DNA of 64,000 nt, taken from the NCBI RefSeq assembly GCF_006345805.1, contig NC_042998.1, positions 98,952,001 to 99,016,000 of the forward strand, in the 5' to 3' direction. The translations under genes were made by a program, and so were the position numbers. A model generated the notes under the pieces. That model was given only the letters and a program-made list of their open reading frames with translations, did not search any database and was not told the DNA's origin. This DNA comes from Octopus sinensis. Its lineage: Eukaryota. This document shows positions 63,686-64,000 of the stretch, piece after piece; the first letter of the stretch is position 1; each line of letters begins with the position of its first letter.

Positions 63686-64000
63686 CATTGATATGGAAAT
63701 ATAGCACCAGAAATATAGCATCGGTGGTGCTTTTCCCTGGCCCGAACCCAAACTGCATCTCATCTAAACTGACTCTCTCCCTAATTAGTTGGGCTATGAC
63801 CCTCTCTGTAACCTTCATTACCTGATCCAACAACTTGATACCTCTAGTTATTTCTATCTAAAACGTCCTTCAGTTCATTGTTTTTGTCAGCACTAGATTT
63901 AAGGAAGCAATGACCTAGTAAAACTCACAAAAAATTCAGCTATTCAAAAGATGTGTTTGATTTTAGTTAAAGAAGTAGTCTAAACTGAATGTTTTGTTCA

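Overview
AT-rich eukaryotic genomic DNA, dominated by (TA)n/(CA)n/(ATG)n microsatellites, tRNA-derived SINEs, RTE-clade LINE 3' ends and DNA-transposon relics. The repeat landscape resembles an octopus genome (my recall, not a database result). The only long ORFs belong to a nearly intact Ty3/Gypsy LTR retrotransposon on the minus strand (5559-9757). It has a CHCC Gag, a tRNA-Trp PBS, a clear -1 frameshift signal, one stop in pol and a deleted 3' end. A CpG-retaining promoter and a probable first coding exon lie at about 40.95-41.31 kb; I could not identify the host gene or its later exons. The most notable observation is a set of unrelated small non-coding elements in or next to (TA)n tracts that carry hammerhead-ribozyme folds. 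One is a core-intact type I hammerhead in a ~482-nt-period direct-repeat element (29709-30324, retrozyme-like). Another is a ~520-bp palindrome with two outward-facing hammerheads (28246-28764). There are several degenerate or minimal copies and a perfect 131-bp-arm palindrome. All folds were derived by hand and need computational and biochemical confirmation.
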